Source: Camelus ferus
Lineage: Eukaryota
Assembly (NCBI RefSeq): GCF_009834535.1
Contig: NC_045698.1
Span: forward strand, 3,226,001-3,290,000
Length of the DNA: 64,000 nucleotides
Direction of reading: 5' to 3'
Shown here in pieces: positions 61,189 to 64,000 of the stretch (position 1 is the stretch's first letter; every line of letters begins with the position of its first letter). A program made the translations under genes and the position numbers. Below the pieces are notes generated by a model. That model made no database searches. It worked only from the letters and a program-made list of their open reading frames with translations, and was not told where the DNA came from.

Positions 61189-63917
61189 TGCCCACGGTCT
61201 TAGCCTGTTTTCCCAAGGTCAGCAGCTGGCTGGCTGGCAAGGGCAAATTTTTCTTTTTAATCTTTAACTTCACAATTGTAAATATTTGCTTGCTCTTTTC
61301 TCTTTTTTTAACAATAATTTTTTTTTAAGTTTCTTTGGAAAAGGAGCTTTGAAATGATTGCTTTACTTTGAAAGAAATGACCAGAAAATCCCCTTTCTGC
61401 AGCCCTGCAGCAATTACTAATGCTAGTAATCTGCCCAGCAAACCTTCTCGGGGTTGTTATAGCACCGAGGTGAGAATGCTTGGCTAGAGAGGTTCCTGTC
61501 CTCCCTGGGGGGTCAGGGCCAACGACCCACAAAGCCCTTGGCTGCCTGCTTTTACCTTTCTCTCTGCAGAGAACATCCAGCCAACCCGTCCCTCTGCCCA
61601 CGCTCTCTCCCAGCTCGTCCTCACAAGGGTGCAGGTCCAGGAAGCCCGGAGGCCTCCATTTCCTCCCTGACTTGAAGACTTTGCACACTTGGCTGGGCCA
61701 GTGGATGGAAAGGTGAGCTGTCCCCACTGTAAGTACTGAGGTCCCCTGGGCCTTCCACAACATCTCACAATTTCCCTCTGTTTCCACCAACTCCTATGTC
61801 TCCTGGGGGGTGGGGAGGGTGCCAGCTTCCTCCCTCCTGAAACTTGAGCTCCAACAGAGATTCACATTTTAGTCTCGTCCACCAGCCCCTCACTTGATTC
61901 CAAATCAAAGGCAACAGGTAGCAAGAGGGATGCAAATCAGGCGGCGTCCCTGACTGATGGAGAACCTGAACTCCTGTGAATTCCCATCTCGTTGTTAGTA
62001 TTCTCATTAGTGAACTGTTTCTTTACAAGGACTGCAGGCCAGGTGACAGACTGGCCCTGTGTCTGTCCCCAGCAGCACGTCTGCTGGTGATCTCAGCGTG
62101 ACAACTGTGGGTGCAGGCAGCGCACCAGCCAAACAGCCGGCAGGTGCAGGGTGGATGCTGCCTCAGTCCCGGGCGGGTGCGGGATCCAGGGCCCTCACCC
62201 GAAGGAAGGGGGTCGGTTCAGAATGGGACAGCAGTGGGCACTGACTGCCCCGTGGGCGCTGGGCACGTTCCTTAGGCTCCTCGTATGTGTATGTCTCTCT
62301 GAGTCATCCGCCCGGTCTTGGCAGGTCAGGCTGAGGGGTGATGGCCTCTTTGCAGAGCTTCCTCCAGAATCAGGTGAAGCGCTGGCTCTGGAGTTGAGGG
62401 CCTGGAGGTTGGCCCCTGCCATGTCCAGCTGTCCCTCCCCTCAGATCCAAGAAGGACTGGCTGCGTTCCTATGCCACCAGGGGAGAGTCCATGCCCCTGA
62501 AGTGGCTGCAAGAGCCCTGCCCTCCCTGGGGGGGTGTGACAGGGCTGGAAAGTGGTCAAGGTTAGGTGACACGGCTGCAGTGGCCCTGCTCTCCTGAGAA
62601 GCGCAGCCCGGATGGACACGGGTGCATCGGCAGCCCGTCACCCCGGCCCAACGGTGAGAGGGGACTTGGGCAGAGGAAGTGCGCTGCTGAGGAAGCAAGC
62701 CCTCTGGAGGGAGAGACGGCCAGGCTCAGAGGGCGGGCTGGACATTGCCCACGGAGGAGGCCCAGGGGGCCTTCTGGACGAAGAGCAGACGCACTTCGGC
62801 AGGGGCTGCATGCTCCCGGTGGGGCTGGGACGGTGTGGGCAGGACCCAGTGATGGCACCGCCTCGGCAGTGCCACTGAATTAACTGAAAAACTCGTAGAA
62901 GCTCCAGCCAAGAGCAAGCACACCTTAGACGCTGGCAGACCACGGGGAGACCAAGCCCACTGTCCGGTCAGCCCCACGCACAGCGGTGACCCCTCAGCAG
63001 ACCACTGATGCTCATCCCCAAATGCCTCTCTGTCTTATTAGACTCCCGTGTGCTAGTCAGTCACAGTCACCCGTAAGCCAAGCGAGTCACTGAATTGCAG
63101 ATGGAACCAAACTGGGGCGTGGTCACCACGTGGGGGGAACCCTGCCCTTTGGCCTCAGTATCAGGCTCCTACTGGTCTGTCTAGGACTTGTGGGATTTTA
63201 AAAACTGGAAGCCCCCTGTTCCAGAAAGTCTCCCATCCAAGGCCCATCAAGCTAGGACACTTGGTCACCCAAACTTGGAAATGTTAAGATCACCCACACA
63301 GTTACAGAGGGACAGAGCATCCAAACCAAGCCCACAGAAACCGTTTGGCAAGTCTCATCCCTGTTGTTCCGGGCTTGGCCAGCAGAGGGCAGCGGAGGAT
63401 CATCGCTGTAACCTGGACTGGCGAGCCACGGTTGGAACCCCCAAGGACAGGCCATCCCACGTCTCAGGTCCAGGCCTCTTTCATGGGAGGGATCATGGAT
63501 TCCTATATACTTTCTTGTAGTGGAACGATTCAATCATAATCCATCATCACATATTTTAGCACTGTCTTTAATTTTAGATAGTATGTTTGCAGCATGTAAT
63601 ACTTACATCCTAAGTTCTCAGGCAGAGGTGGTCTATTGCCAGGACGTTCTTGGTTGCTGTTATCACAGGCTGTTTTAAGTTAGAAAACGGAATAGCAACA
63701 GTGAATATTGTGGACATGCACTTTTGCTCCTTAATACTCCGTTGTTGCAATATTGGACTATCCATTTGGCTGTTACAGAGAAACTCTTAGCTATAATTAG
63801 TGATTTTGCCATAATAGTGTTATTAATCTATTGCCTATGTTTCTACTCTAGTGATGGGCTCTGTGTGCTACACTTTAATATCTTTAAGCTTGGGCAAGTG
63901 ACAAGTCTTTTTAAAAG

Positions 63918-64000
63918 AAATGTGGTTTGCAAGGATCATACACCATGATCAAGTGGAATTTATCCTGGAAATGCAAGGATTTTTCAGTATCTGCAAGTCC
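63918..64000 (+). mobile_element. L1 ORF2 RT-region fragment running off the window end
   Basis: 'aggatcatacaccatgatcaagtggaatttatcctggaaatgcaaggatttttcagtatctgcaagtcc' encodes RIIHHDQVEFI.EMQGFFSICKS, close to L1 IIHHDQVGFIPGMQGWFNI.KS. Confidence 0.85.

Noticed and set aside
58856..63539. Many 70-165 aa ORFs in GC-rich DNA
   Set aside because: No recognisable protein similarity, consistent strand or exon chain; compatible with chance in high-GC sequence.
1..64000. CRISPR arrays, operons or other prokaryotic-type systems
   Set aside because: The sequence is clearly mammalian and repeat-rich. No regularly spaced repeat-spacer array or gene-dense region is present.

Overview
Mammalian genomic DNA, most likely from a camelid. 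The evidence is two tRNA-derived SINEs of the tylopod Vic-1 type, lineage-type L1 3' ends, and no Alu, B1, Bov-tA or CHR elements seen. I found no credible protein-coding gene: the ORF track is explained by chance ORFs, simple repeats and decayed retroelements. The window is an intergenic or deep-intronic mosaic of old transposable elements (an ERVL pol relic, L1MC/L1ME/HAL1-like, L2, MIR, MLT1, MER5 and a probable hAT-Charlie transposase fossil) and younger L1 insertions, two with twin-priming 5' inversions and one tiny insertion with an apparent 3' transduction. Several repeat-free, homeodomain/TALE-motif-rich blocks look like developmental enhancers. From about 52.5 kb the sequence becomes GC/CpG-rich and holds strong CTCF motifs, an RFX X-box and a small CpG-island promoter with 4 GC boxes and 3 tandem NRF1-type sites. 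That promoter may drive an unannotated spliced minus-strand transcript. Repeat subfamily names and boundaries are by-eye recognitions and approximate. I cannot identify the locus, and I see no convincing new biological system.
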